From an uncultured Alphaproteobacteria bacterium (GTDB taxonomy: Bacteria; Pseudomonadota; Alphaproteobacteria; Rs-D84): a DNA stretch of 64,000 nt. The notes under the pieces are model-generated. The model saw only the letters and a program-made list of their open reading frames with translations. It did no database searches and was not told the DNA's origin. A program made the position numbers and the translations under genes. The stretch spans positions 1-64,000 of the forward strand of contig CALXXY010000003.1 in assembly GCA_944392815.1 (NCBI GenBank), in the 5' to 3' direction. Each line of letters begins with the position of its first letter. Position 1 is the stretch's first letter. Below are positions 48,399-59,183 of this stretch, one piece after another.

Positions 48399-49178
48399 CT
48401 ACATAACCTTGCCCTGGGTGGGGTAAAACGTCAATTGGATTTTTTCCCATTTTTCAAATTCATTGGTGGGCAACATTTTAAATGGCTGACAAACATTTAT
48501 CGCACTGCGAATAGTATCCAACACATACGCAAACGCAGGATCCGTTTCTGCACGCGCGGCTGATTCAAACCACACGTCACGCACGGTACCATTCCGCCGC
48601 ATCGTCAAATGTGCCACTGCACGAATATCGCCAATGTCATCGCGCGTTGTGTCAATTGTCCAACACCGCGTCATCGCCACACGCAACGCGTCAACCACAG
48701 ATACCGTCAATGTTCTGTCTAATGACACAACCTCGCGATTAACACGGATAACCGTTTTTTTCTTTTTCGGTTTTTCAACCGTTTCGTCGGATTTAACAGT
48801 ATTCACCACGGGTTCCGGTATTTCGGGCGCATCCGGCGCACTGTCCACCAAACTGGGCGCAACAATTGGTTCGGGCTCGCTATCTGCGGGCTGCGCCTCG
48901 GGCTCAGGCGCCTTGACCGGTGCGGGCGGGGTGGGGGTGGCGGCATCGCTGTCATCGTCCATTTCCGCATCAGCATTCACATTATGCAAAATTGTTTCAT
49001 CGCCACTGACCCGCACAGAGCCCAAATCAATTTCCAAAATTTCAATCCTGTCCGGGGCAACCAATCCGGCGCGTTCAACCACCACGGCAAACGACGTCAG
49101 CATTATCGCCAACAATGCCAAATGTCCGCACACAGACATCAAAAAATTTTCCGATGAAAATCTGTCGCCAAATTTCAT
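48399..49178 (-). CDS. tolA: TolA/TonB-like protein
   Basis: SxxxH TM motif (SVCGH), Pro/Glu-rich linker, C-terminal RCW...AINVCQPF...FYP; follows tolQR. Confidence 0.75.
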   Translation of the reverse strand: MKFGDRFSSENFLMSVCGHLALLAIMLTSFAVVVERAGLVAPDRIEILEIDLGSVRVSGDETILHNVNADAEMDDDSDAATPTPPAPVKAPEPEAQPADSEPEPIVAPSLVDSAPDAPEIPEPVVNTVKSDETVEKPKKKKTVIRVNREVVSLDRTLTVSVVDALRVAMTRCWTIDTTRDDIGDIRAVAHLTMRRNGTVRDVWFESAARAETDPAFAYVLDTIRSAINVCQPFKMLPTNEFEKWEKIQLTFYPTQGKVM

Positions 49179-49190
49179 GTTTTATATCAA

Positions 49191-49604
49191 TTATTCCGCA
49201 TCTATTTCTGTGCGCAGTCCAACACGTTGAAAACCCGCATCCTTTAATTTCCCCATAACAGCCATCACCGCGCCATAATCAGCCGCCGCGTCGCCATTTA
49301 TCATTATGGTCAAATCAGGATTTTCCCCGCGCATCGCAACCACACGTTTAACAACATCGTCACGCGTCAATTCAGTCGTTCCCACATAATAACGCCCGGC
49401 CGCATCAACGCTGATTTGAATGGCGTGATCATTACCGGTCAAAGCAGAATTTCCCGCCCGTGGCAAATTTAAATCTATCCCTGTGGTCAACATAGGTGTT
49501 GTCACCATAAACACCGCCAACAACACCGTCATAATATCAATCATCGGCGTCAGCGAAATATTGACATCAGTATTTCTGTATCTTCTGCGTGTCATGGGGT
49601 ACAC
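49191..49604 (-). CDS. tolR: TolR/ExbD
   Basis: LTPMIDIMTVLLAVFMVTTPM, GDAAADYG. Confidence 0.9.
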   Translation of the reverse strand: MYPMTRRRYRNTDVNISLTPMIDIMTVLLAVFMVTTPMLTTGIDLNLPRAGNSALTGNDHAIQISVDAAGRYYVGTTELTRDDVVKRVVAMRGENPDLTIMINGDAAADYGAVMAVMGKLKDAGFQRVGLRTEIDAE

Positions 49605-50108
49605 CTATTTATGTTTAAAACTTTTGGCCTTTAATTCTTTGACATGTTCGGTCAAAACATCATACAGGTCATCTGATTTTTTACTGAAATATTGATACGC
49701 AATCGCCGCAGGCACCGCCGCAATCAACCCCAACGCGGTCGTCCCCAGCGCAGTCGCCAACCCCGGTGCAATAACACCAATTGACACAGATTGATTTACA
49801 CCAATCGACGCAAACGAATCCATCACGCCCCAAATCGTACCGAACAAACCGATAAAAGGCGCGACATACGACACCATGGATAAAAACCACAAATTTTTAT
49901 CAAACGGCCGAATTAATTTATCCGCGATAATGGATAAATTATCATTGGCCCTGACCTGGACAGGGTGCTTTTTCTGTCCGTGCCACATACGAATTTTTTC
50001 AATAATCACAGCCCATGAAATAACACTGCCCAACACCAAAACGATTGATATAAACAGCGTCATCAAATCGCCTGTAAATAACGTAGTCAAAGAAAAAGTA
50101 TTCGTCAT
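49605..50108 (-). CDS. tolQ: TolQ/ExbB proton channel (short)
   Basis: SVISWAVIIEK, APFIGLFGTIWGVM, TTALGLIAAVPA. Confidence 0.9.
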   Translation of the reverse strand: MTNTFSLTTLFTGDLMTLFISIVLVLGSVISWAVIIEKIRMWHGQKKHPVQVRANDNLSIIADKLIRPFDKNLWFLSMVSYVAPFIGLFGTIWGVMDSFASIGVNQSVSIGVIAPGLATALGTTALGLIAAVPAAIAYQYFSKKSDDLYDVLTEHVKELKAKSFKHK

Positions 50109-50130
50109 TATTTATTCCCCCATATTAAAA

Positions 50131-50508
50131 TTATTCCCGAAACGGCGCGGCCACACTTTCTGGAATCCGCTTTGGTTGCATATCGGCCCCTATATACGCC
50201 GCTGTCCCAGACAGTATAGCACAAATTTCACCATCTTTCACGAATTTTTGTTCAACCGACATAGACGCCGCGCCAAATTTAGTCACAGTTGTTTCAACAA
50301 CAAACTCGTCGCCCAAAAACAACGGCCGCACATAACGAATGCTTAAATCGCGGATAACAAACCCCACATCGCCATCTGGGAATTTTATACCACGTAAAAT
50401 ATTCATACGTGCGCGTTCTGCGATTTCGATATATCGTCCATGATACGCGATACCACCCGCATCAGTATCTGCATACGCAATCGCAAAAGGAAAAGTATAC
50501 GTTTTCAT
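50131..50508 (-). CDS. ybgC: YbgC-family acyl-CoA thioesterase
   Basis: DTDAGGIAYHGRY, ERAR; position upstream of tolQ. Confidence 0.9.
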   Translation of the reverse strand: MKTYTFPFAIAYADTDAGGIAYHGRYIEIAERARMNILRGIKFPDGDVGFVIRDLSIRYVRPLFLGDEFVVETTVTKFGAASMSVEQKFVKDGEICAILSGTAAYIGADMQPKRIPESVAAPFRE

Positions 50509-50541
50509 TTTTTATTTCCCCACAATTAAAAAAACATGAAA

Positions 50542-51540
50542 TTATTTGACCAAACCCAAATGTGCATAGCCCGCATCAGTCACTACGCGTCCACGCGGTG
50601 TACGCTGGATAAATCCCAATTGCATTAAATATGGTTCGATAACGTCCTCGATAGTATCGGCGGGCTCGGACAATGCCGCCGCCAGATTTTCAATCCCAAC
50701 CGGTCCACCGGCATAGTGCCGCACAATCGCATTCATGTATTCACGGTCCATTTCGTCCAAACCACTGGCGTCAATATGCAATTGCACCAACGTTGTATTA
50801 ATCGTATCGGCGGAAATCACATCACGCCCCAGGGCGGTGGCGAAATCACGTGCACGCTTTAATAATCTATTGGCAATACGTGGCGTGCCACGCGCACTGC
50901 GTGCCAGCATATTGGCGCCATCTGCATCAATTGGCGTTCCCAAAATATTCGCACTGCGCATGATAATTTTTGCCAAATCATCGGGCGAATAAAACGACAA
51001 ACGTAAATCTATGCCAAATCGGTCGCGCAACGGATTAGATAATAACCCAGTCCGCGTGGTTGCCCCCACCAACGTAAACGGGGGCAGGTCAATCCGCACA
51101 CTTTTGGCAGACGGCCCTTCGCCCAGCATGATATCCAGTTTAAAATCTTCCATCGCGGAATACAAAACTTCTTCGATTGCAGTTGGCAAACGGTGAATTT
51201 CATCGATAAACAACACGTCCATCGGTTCCAGCGACGTCAGTATCGCCGCCAAATCACCCTGTTTGGTTAACATAGGCGCGGCAGTCGCCCTGAAATTGGT
51301 TCCCAATTCATTCGCGACAATATGCGCCAACGTTGTTTTTCCCAACCCCGGCGGCCCATACAGCAAAACATGATCCATGGCCTCGCCCCGGGATTTCGCG
51401 CCCGAAATGAACACAGACAAATTCTGTTTCAACGCATCATGCCCGATAAAATCAGACAACGTACGTGGCCGAATTGTTGCAGCCATATCGTCCGGGATAT
51501 TTGGATCCAAAAAACGTTCAGTATTATTTTGCATATCCAT
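50542..51540 (-). CDS. ruvB: Holliday junction branch migration helicase RuvB
   Basis: [47 protein letters not shown]. Confidence 0.98.
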   Translation of the reverse strand: MDMQNNTERFLDPNIPDDMAATIRPRTLSDFIGHDALKQNLSVFISGAKSRGEAMDHVLLYGPPGLGKTTLAHIVANELGTNFRATAAPMLTKQGDLAAILTSLEPMDVLFIDEIHRLPTAIEEVLYSAMEDFKLDIMLGEGPSAKSVRIDLPPFTLVGATTRTGLLSNPLRDRFGIDLRLSFYSPDDLAKIIMRSANILGTPIDADGANMLARSARGTPRIANRLLKRARDFATALGRDVISADTINTTLVQLHIDASGLDEMDREYMNAIVRHYAGGPVGIENLAAALSEPADTIEDVIEPYLMQLGFIQRTPRGRVVTDAGYAHLGLVK

Positions 51541-51547
51541 TTATTAA

Positions 51548-52207
51548 TTATAACAATTTGTCATCTGCATTTTCACGCCCGACATACGCCTTTAAATCAT
51601 TATACATCTGGCGCAGGTCAGCAGGTTGCGCATAATGTTCATCTGCATTTTTAACCCGAATAGTTTCCAAATCAATTTGCGCCTGTTTTTTCAAAACCTG
51701 GGTCAGATGCGTTGCAAACGCTTTTGCTTCATCAGATTCATTTGCGCCCTGCAACAACAACCCACGATTTGGACGTGGCGATAAAAATGCAAAATCGGCA
51801 ATCGTCGGATCAGGCGACACCAACGCAAACCCAGAAACCTCGGGCCGGCGCATCATCGCCTGCAACACGTACCACGCCCCCAATTGATTCCCAGCCAACC
51901 ATATACGATCGCTGTCTTCATTTTTATTTTGAATCCAATCAATTACCGTCGCGATATCCAGCATATTTTCAGCCGTGGTTCCGATTGCGCCCTCGGAATT
52001 ATTCACACCCCGATAATTAAAACGAACAACAGAAAACCCGATGTCCATAAACGCACGAAACATCGCATACGACACGCGGTCATTCATATGACACTTTTGC
52101 CGCGGATTCCCAGCCAGCACCACCGCCAACGGGGCGGCCGGCGTATCAGATTTATGATACACCGCGTGTAATTTGCCGGCTTCGCCTGAAATCATTAAAT
52201 CAACCAT
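51548..52207 (-). CDS. Alpha/beta-hydrolase-fold protein (catalytic Ser absent)
   Basis: RFNYRGVNNSEG, WLAGNQLGAW, MMRRPE, FAFLSPRP. Confidence 0.8.
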   Translation of the reverse strand: MVDLMISGEAGKLHAVYHKSDTPAAPLAVVLAGNPRQKCHMNDRVSYAMFRAFMDIGFSVVRFNYRGVNNSEGAIGTTAENMLDIATVIDWIQNKNEDSDRIWLAGNQLGAWYVLQAMMRRPEVSGFALVSPDPTIADFAFLSPRPNRGLLLQGANESDEAKAFATHLTQVLKKQAQIDLETIRVKNADEHYAQPADLRQMYNDLKAYVGRENADDKLL

Positions 52208-52344
52208 AATTACGCCTTTCTTGGAATTTATATTCTGATAATACTTATAGAACAATCCAAACACAATTTTCAACAGAAATTTTTGCTTTGACACAATGCC
52301 TGCGAATGTTTTAAGATTTATCAGAGAGAAAAAAGGCGTTGACT

Positions 52345-53268
52345 ATGGCAAGATTTATTTTAACAACGGTTTTTGCCGGACTGGTTGCGTTTTCGGCGTA
52401 CGCCGCAACCCAGGATATTGTTTACGATAATTTCCAAACAATATATACGGAAACACCTGTTCAATCGTATTACGCGTATCCAGACGATCCGAATTTTATT
52501 CCGGAAACTGAATTCATGAACCGCGCCGACAGTTTGGATTACGATTTGAATATAGAGGCCGCCCGCCAAAGCGAATCCATGGCACACCCGGGTGTTATGT
52601 TTGCCGATCGTCCGATGGTTATATGCCGCAATTTTGGTTGTACACGCCTGAACGACCGCATAACGCGCACATTTTTATTCAACAGTTTGGCAAATATGTT
52701 CATGATGAACACGCATTCGCGCCTGTATATATGCGAGGCCGACCCGTTTTCACGTGACTGCCTGCAATCCGGCATTTCATTCCCAGTTCGCAGTGGTATT
52801 GCCAACGCATTGGTCAAAATACCCAAGGCCACAATTTCCCAGGTCAACATTTCAACCGGCCTGTCACGCGCCACGGTCAGCATGACATACGAATTTCTGG
52901 TCAACGGCATTGCCCGCACATGCGAACCAACCATTATGGACATCGTAATCCCCGTCAATTCCCAGGCCACATTATCCAATCGCGAATTCGCATGCAATAT
53001 GACCAGTGACGGATTAAGCAACGTATCACTGCTGGTAAATATCGATTACATAGATTTGGATTACGGCATTTTGGGCGGTTATTATTCATTGGGCATGCAG
53101 GGTCCAACCACGGGCGGCGGCACAGGTTATGCACTGTTCAAAACAGAATTCACCACTGGCGGCATGCAATTCCGCGCAGCCGTCACAGGCGAAGAAGACA
53201 TTGCCGGCACAAATTCTGCCATGACTATCCAGCCCGGCGAATATGCAGTGGAACCATTGAAAAAATAA
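52345..53268 (+). CDS. Secreted hypothetical protein
   Basis: Signal peptide AYA; paired Cys; 307 aa. Confidence 0.7.
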   Translation: MARFILTTVFAGLVAFSAYAATQDIVYDNFQTIYTETPVQSYYAYPDDPNFIPETEFMNRADSLDYDLNIEAARQSESMAHPGVMFADRPMVICRNFGCTRLNDRITRTFLFNSLANMFMMNTHSRLYICEADPFSRDCLQSGISFPVRSGIANALVKIPKATISQVNISTGLSRATVSMTYEFLVNGIARTCEPTIMDIVIPVNSQATLSNREFACNMTSDGLSNVSLLVNIDYIDLDYGILGGYYSLGMQGPTTGGGTGYALFKTEFTTGGMQFRAAVTGEEDIAGTNSAMTIQPGEYAVEPLKK

Positions 53269-53293
53269 ATTTGTGTTCCATATTAGTTCTGTA

Positions 53294-53962
53294 ATGAATA
53301 AAACAGTTTTAATTATTGACGACGATGATATGTTGCGCAAAACGCTGGCCAGTGGTTTGCGCGACAATTCTTTTGACGTATTAACCGCCAACAGCGCGGA
53401 AACAGGCGCAGAAATTTTGTCACGTGTATCCGTGGACGCCATTATATTGGACAGAATGCTGGGCGGTACAGACGGATTGACCATGTTGCACGAAATGCGC
53501 GCACGCGGCGTCACAATTCCTGTTATAATGCTGACGGCCATGGGCGGGGCGGAAAATACAATCGACGGCCTGGCGGGCGGGGCAAATGACTATCTGGCAA
53601 AACCGTTTCAATTGCGCGAATTGGTGCTGCGACTGAACAATATTATTCGCGCCACCCCAACGGGCACAGCCACCAAATTACCAGACGGCCTGGTATTTAC
53701 AGACGACGAGTTTTTTATCACAGACGCACATAATCCGGGCACCGCGCCACGAATATTGCCATTATCGGGCGAAGAAAAAAAATTATTGCGTAATTTAATC
53801 ACGCCCATCGGAAATGTGGTACCCGCGTCACCAATGGTTGCAAAACGCTTGCGCAGCAAATTAAATGTAGTATTATCTGATACAGATATCGTCACAATCC
53901 GCGGCCGTGGGTATAAATTAATACACATGGCGACGGGCAAAAACAACGGTGAACAGGAATGA
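53294..53962 (+). CDS. OmpR-family response regulator
   Basis: LIIDDD, ILDRML, IMLTAM, GANDYLAKPF, TIRGRGY. Confidence 0.9.
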   Translation: MNKTVLIIDDDDMLRKTLASGLRDNSFDVLTANSAETGAEILSRVSVDAIILDRMLGGTDGLTMLHEMRARGVTIPVIMLTAMGGAENTIDGLAGGANDYLAKPFQLRELVLRLNNIIRATPTGTATKLPDGLVFTDDEFFITDAHNPGTAPRILPLSGEEKKLLRNLITPIGNVVPASPMVAKRLRSKLNVVLSDTDIVTIRGRGYKLIHMATGKNNGEQE

Positions 53963-55239
53963 GATTAATACCACGCAGCTTTTTATGGCGCACCATTTTG
54001 ATGATTTTAATACCCCTGATTATCGCCCAGGTTATCATTGCCAACGTATTTTTCGGCAATCACTGGACGCGCGTGCATGCAACATTGGCACGCAGTTTGG
54101 CGGTCGATATCGTCACAATGATGAATTTTATGGACGACGGCAACGCTGACGCCGCCCGCACCATGGCACGTGATACGGGGATAAACGTTTCAATTAATAC
54201 AAAATTAAATCGCCCCAGTCATAACGACAACACCTCGCGCGAGGCAGGCCTGTTGGCCAGCGAACTGTCCACACGCCTGAAACGCCCGGCACAAATTTAT
54301 ATTGATAAAGCCAAACGTTTGGTATTCATTGACGTACCAACAAACGATGGAAAAATCGCCACGTTTGGAACATCGCTGTACCGGATATATTCCACCAGTA
54401 CCGAAGTATTTATAATCTGGCTGATTGGGTCGATATTAATTGTATCAATATTAATAACGCCATTTATTATCATGCACACGCGGTCTATCCGCCGCATAGC
54501 GCGCGCCGCCGGCCGTTTTGGTCGTGGATTGGACGCGCCTGGTTTCCAACCAACTGGTTCCAAAGAAATCCGCGAGGCCGCCGCCGCAATGATTACAATG
54601 AAAGAACGTCTGAACAGATACAATCGCACCCGCAGCGACATGTTAAACGCGGTCAGCCACGATTTAAAAACCCCGCTGGCACGCATGCGCCTGGCGGTGG
54701 AAACAGATTCGGCATCAAAAGAAAATCTGTTGCAGGACATTGACCGCATGACCGAAATGGTTAACGGATATCTGGCGTTTGCGCGCGGCGAAATGCCGGA
54801 AATCGAACAAACAACGGAATTGCCGGCTATGTTGCTGCGCACTGCGCGCGACGCGGCCCCGGATAAAAATATTCAAACGGATTTCCCGGACGAACCGGCA
54901 CAATTCTATGCACGCCCAATGGCACTGGCACGCGCATTCAGCAACATTATTGAAAACGCGGCCAGATATGCAAAAAAAACGATTCGCATCACAGAACACG
55001 ATTCCGCGGATCAAATAGAAATTATTATCGAAGATGACGGTCCCGGTATCCCAGACGACAAAAAACGTGACGCTTTGCGCCCATTTGTGCGCCTGGACGA
55101 ATCGCGCAGTGATAAAACTGGCGGCACAGGGTTGGGGCTGTCTATTGCCCAAACAGCCATTGAAAATCATGGCGGGCAAATGTTTTTGGAAAACAGCGAT
55201 TTGGGCGGTCTGCGCGTGCGCGTTGTATTACCAATATAA
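53959..55239 (+). CDS. EnvZ-like sensor histidine kinase
   Basis: PRSFLWR, 2 TM, HAMP, SHDLKTPL, NIIENA, EDDGPGI, GTGLGL. Confidence 0.92.
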   Translation: MRLIPRSFLWRTILMILIPLIIAQVIIANVFFGNHWTRVHATLARSLAVDIVTMMNFMDDGNADAARTMARDTGINVSINTKLNRPSHNDNTSREAGLLASELSTRLKRPAQIYIDKAKRLVFIDVPTNDGKIATFGTSLYRIYSTSTEVFIIWLIGSILIVSILITPFIIMHTRSIRRIARAAGRFGRGLDAPGFQPTGSKEIREAAAAMITMKERLNRYNRTRSDMLNAVSHDLKTPLARMRLAVETDSASKENLLQDIDRMTEMVNGYLAFARGEMPEIEQTTELPAMLLRTARDAAPDKNIQTDFPDEPAQFYARPMALARAFSNIIENAARYAKKTIRITEHDSADQIEIIIEDDGPGIPDDKKRDALRPFVRLDESRSDKTGGTGLGLSIAQTAIENHGGQMFLENSDLGGLRVRVVLPI

Positions 55240-55258
55240 AATCATACGGATATAAAAA

Positions 55259-56968
55259 ATGAACTTGTATAAATACGTATCAGAATCAATAAACGATAAA
55301 TTGGGATTCCCCGCCAATTTGGAAACGCCACGCAATCGTGACTTTGGCGATTTTGCAACGAATGCCGCGATGGTCATGGCGAAAACTGCGGGCAAAAATC
55401 CGCGGGAATTGGCAAATGAAATTTTGCCAAAACTGCGTGAATTGGATTTTGTGGCGGACGTATCGGTCGCCGGCCCCGGGTTCATTAACATTAAACTGCG
55501 TGACGATTTCATATGGCGCGCCGCAGCCGAACCACACAATATACAAACTGACAAGCCATTAGTAATTGATATGGATTATGGGTCATATAACGTTGCAAAA
55601 TCATTACATATTGGTCATTTGCGCACATCCATTGTTGGCGACACACTAAACAGAATTGCAAAATACATTGGCCATAAAACAATATCTTATAATCACATGG
55701 GCGATTGGGGGCGTTCAATGGGATTGGTCATTGCGTGGATAAAGCGTAATCACCCCGATTGGCCATTCTTTCAGCCCAATTTTGACCCAGACGCAGATTA
55801 CAGTAAATACGCCATGTCCGCCGAAGAACTTGACACATATTATCCAGCCGCCGCTGCATTGGCCAAATCTGATGATGCATTTATGGAAGATGCGCGTCAA
55901 ATTACCGCGGAATTACAACGCGGTCATCCTGGATATAACACATTGTATAATGTATTTTTACCCATAGCGACCAATTCCATGATGGAAACAGTAAAAAAAT
56001 TAAATATCATGCCATTTGACCGAAATCTTGGCGAACGCAATGCGGCCAAATATATTGAACCGGTTGAAAAAATGCTGCGTGAAAAAAATTTATTGGTCAA
56101 ATCGGACGGGGCTGAGGTAATTATTGTCAAAAAAGACACTGATACCGCCCCAATGCCGCCAATGATGTTTTATAACTCGCGCGGGGCTGTGCCATATGAC
56201 GCCACAGATATTATGGCATTGTACTATCGTAAAATAACTGATAACCCGAACAAGATTATATATCTGACTGATGTGCGCCAAAAATTACATTTTGAACAAC
56301 TGTTTCGTGTTGCAGAATTAACAGGTTTGTTCCCAGCCGCCGATTTAGAACATATTGGCTATGGCACAATTAACGGCGCAGATGGGAAACCATTTAAAAC
56401 CCGCGATGGCAATGCGGCTGGATTAAACGACATAATCGAAATGATAACCAATGCTGTCCAAAAACGTGTAAGTGACAGCGGAAAAAAACTGCCGCCCGAA
56501 ACTGTGGACGAAATTGCACTGGCGGCATTAAAATTTAATGATTTGATGCACGATTTACGTTCTGACTATGTTTTCGAACCGGAATCGGTCACCAGTTTCG
56601 AGGGTCGTACCGGCCCATATATTCTGTACACGGCGGTGCGTCTGAACAGCGTTTTAAAACGGGCAGGGGAATTCCCAGCCGCACCGGCCACAGATTTAAC
56701 AACCGATGAACGTAATTTGTTAATCGAAACGCTGGATTTTGAACGCACGGTACAAAGCGCATTTGACAATCGCGCGACCGACATGATTGCAAATTACGCG
56801 TACGATTTATGTCAATTGGCGAACGCATTTTACCACAATTGCCCAATTTTACGCGACGACGTGGACGCACGCACCCGCGCACGCCGCCTGGGGATTACAA
56901 AAATTGCACGCGACACATTGGCCACCGCAATAGATTTGATGGGATTAAAAATCCCGAATGAAATGTAA
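55259..56968 (+). CDS. argS: Arginyl-tRNA synthetase
   Basis: GDFATN, AGPGFIN, NVAKSLHIGHLR, GDWG, KPFKTRDG, EGRTGPYILY. Confidence 0.96.
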   Translation: MNLYKYVSESINDKLGFPANLETPRNRDFGDFATNAAMVMAKTAGKNPRELANEILPKLRELDFVADVSVAGPGFINIKLRDDFIWRAAAEPHNIQTDKPLVIDMDYGSYNVAKSLHIGHLRTSIVGDTLNRIAKYIGHKTISYNHMGDWGRSMGLVIAWIKRNHPDWPFFQPNFDPDADYSKYAMSAEELDTYYPAAAALAKSDDAFMEDARQITAELQRGHPGYNTLYNVFLPIATNSMMETVKKLNIMPFDRNLGERNAAKYIEPVEKMLREKNLLVKSDGAEVIIVKKDTDTAPMPPMMFYNSRGAVPYDATDIMALYYRKITDNPNKIIYLTDVRQKLHFEQLFRVAELTGLFPAADLEHIGYGTINGADGKPFKTRDGNAAGLNDIIEMITNAVQKRVSDSGKKLPPETVDEIALAALKFNDLMHDLRSDYVFEPESVTSFEGRTGPYILYTAVRLNSVLKRAGEFPAAPATDLTTDERNLLIETLDFERTVQSAFDNRATDMIANYAYDLCQLANAFYHNCPILRDDVDARTRARRLGITKIARDTLATAIDLMGLKIPNEM

Positions 56969-57059
56969 ATGTGAAAAACAACTATTGCATAATATTGTAA
57001 TTTCAGGTATAATTGCACAGACAAGATCGTAACAAGTCAATTGCCACAGGGGGGACGGA

Positions 57060-57284
57060 ATGTCGCATTGGGTAAAAACAATTGTTGCCACATTCGCTAT
57101 TTTTCAACTGACGCCATTATTTGCGGCAGAAACGCAGCAAATTGCATCGGTTTCATATGTTAACAAAATAACAGATGAATTGGATACCAAGGTTGATATG
57201 GGATCAGCCCAAACAATATCCGGGGAAAAAACTTTTTCAGCCAGTCCGTTGGTTCCAACTCCACCATTACCACAGGATTTATAG
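57060..57284 (+). CDS. Small secreted protein with a tail-fibre-like motif
   Basis: Signal peptide; IASVSYV...AQTISGEKTFSASPLVPTP; TAG/GTG overlap with the next gene. Confidence 0.6.
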   Translation: MSHWVKTIVATFAIFQLTPLFAAETQQIASVSYVNKITDELDTKVDMGSAQTISGEKTFSASPLVPTPPLPQDL

Positions 57285-59089
57285 TGTTCAAAAAAATCTG
57301 TGCCGCCATACTTGCAATATTTTTAATACTGCCAAATGTTGCAATCTCGGCGGAAATGGTAAATGTTGAATACGTTCACAATATCCTGCGTTGGCGCTGG
57401 GGAATTGATTTACCATATAATACAAACCTGACAAATCCTCATGTCGCTGCAAATATGAAATATTTGTTAACGGTTGTTGATATTGCAAACAAGCGACTGA
57501 ATGGTAAACAAACAACAGATTATGGCAACAGCGACTACGCCACACTGGCGGCGGCGGACACAGTTGCCACGAACACAGCGATTGACACATTGGTTCGTGG
57601 GCCTGGATTTTATTTGACGACCACTCCAGATACGACGAATTTTTCAATTACTATTACCGCCGCTGGAACTTTTGCAATTGATTGGGGTGACGGGGAACGC
57701 GAATCCATTGTCGATAAACCAGTTGCCGCAACAACATACTCTCACACATTTAAAACCCCGCAATCACACACAATTCGCATAACTGGCACCGCCACAGATT
57801 ACAGCGATGCCAACAACGTCAAAACATTATCTTTTAATAACAACACTGCTATTGCCAGAATTAATGGCAACCTGGGTTCTATATTTCCAACACTATCGGA
57901 CGGGACAAATCCGCGTTTTACCGAATTGTTTAACGACGCGACCAATTTGACGGGCGAAATTCCATCAGATTTATTCGACGGCATTACCGGTGCAGCAACG
58001 ACATATATGTTCGGCAGCTTGTTTCGCAATTGCTCGAAATTAACGGGCGAAATTCCCGCCGATTTGTTTGCGGGCATCACAGGCCCATTGGCCCAAGGTA
58101 CATTCGAAGCATCTTTTTATAGTTGCAGTGGACTGTCCGGCAGTATTCCTGGCGAATTATTTTCACGCATAACCAGCGACACACATGAAGTTTTATTTAA
58201 TCAAACCTTTCGCGGTTGCACTGGATTATCTGGTTCAATTCCCGGTGATTTATTCCAGGGTATCCGTGGCACGCCACGACGTGCAATGTTTTTTGCCGCA
58301 TTCCGTAACTGCAGCAACATAACGGGTTCAATCCCAGGCGAATTATTTGCCGGCATCCAGGGCGCGCCAGCAACTTCTGTATTTGCCGAAACATTTGCAT
58401 ACACGGGACTAACTGGTTCTATTCCCGGCGAACTGTTCTCGGGCATCCAGGGAGCACCAGCCCATCAATTATTCAGCTATACATTTGCTGGTAATCGCAG
58501 ATTAACCGGTCAAATTCCAGGTGAATTATTTGCAGGCCTCCAGGGTGCACCAGCCCCATATGTATTCTCGAATACTTTTGTTCAATGCAGCGGCCTTGAT
58601 AATCATATCCCAGCCGACCTGTTTGCGGGCATTCGTGGACAACCAGCCGAAGGAATGTTTGAGAGAACATTCAATGATGCCGGTGTAAGTTCAATACCCG
58701 ATGGCTTGTTTGCTGACATCCAGGGTGAACCCGCGAACTTTATGTTTGAATCAACTTTTAACTGGAACCCAAGGTTAAACACAATTCCAGATGGTTTATT
58801 TGCTGGAATTTCTGGATCTCCGGCAACAAACATGTTTAGCAATACGTTTAATTATACGAGTATAACAAATATCCCAGACAATTTGTTCGGCACATTCACA
58901 GATAACCCAGCGAATGGTATGTTTACCAGCACATTCGCCAATTGTCAAAACCTGACGGGACCATCTGCCAAAAATGGCGACGGCCGCTATCTGTACGAGG
59001 TATTCACAAACATCACATCTGATATGAACACATACGCAAATTCACCAAATTTGTCGGATTACGACCAAATTCCAAACAACTGGAAATAA
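57284..59089 (+). CDS. Secreted leucine-rich-repeat (BspA-like) surface protein
   Basis: Signal peptide, PKD-like IDWGDG segment, 11 repeats of 29-31 aa with consensus LTGxIPxxLFxGIxGxPAxxxFxxTFxxC. Confidence 0.85.
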   Translation: MFKKICAAILAIFLILPNVAISAEMVNVEYVHNILRWRWGIDLPYNTNLTNPHVAANMKYLLTVVDIANKRLNGKQTTDYGNSDYATLAAADTVATNTAIDTLVRGPGFYLTTTPDTTNFSITITAAGTFAIDWGDGERESIVDKPVAATTYSHTFKTPQSHTIRITGTATDYSDANNVKTLSFNNNTAIARINGNLGSIFPTLSDGTNPRFTELFNDATNLTGEIPSDLFDGITGAATTYMFGSLFRNCSKLTGEIPADLFAGITGPLAQGTFEASFYSCSGLSGSIPGELFSRITSDTHEVLFNQTFRGCTGLSGSIPGDLFQGIRGTPRRAMFFAAFRNCSNITGSIPGELFAGIQGAPATSVFAETFAYTGLTGSIPGELFSGIQGAPAHQLFSYTFAGNRRLTGQIPGELFAGLQGAPAPYVFSNTFVQCSGLDNHIPADLFAGIRGQPAEGMFERTFNDAGVSSIPDGLFADIQGEPANFMFESTFNWNPRLNTIPDGLFAGISGSPATNMFSNTFNYTSITNIPDNLFGTFTDNPANGMFTSTFANCQNLTGPSAKNGDGRYLYEVFTNITSDMNTYANSPNLSDYDQIPNNWK

Positions 59090-59183
59090 TTACGGTATAA
59101 TTATACCACACACATTTTACTTGACTTTTCTGGTGGGTTGGGGCATAATAGCCCCGCTAAATTCAATAAAAAGGTAAAAAACT

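Noticed and set aside
57947-58960. Diversity-generating retroelement acting on the LRR gene
   Set aside because: No reverse transcriptase and no near-identical TR/VR pair differing only at adenines in the window
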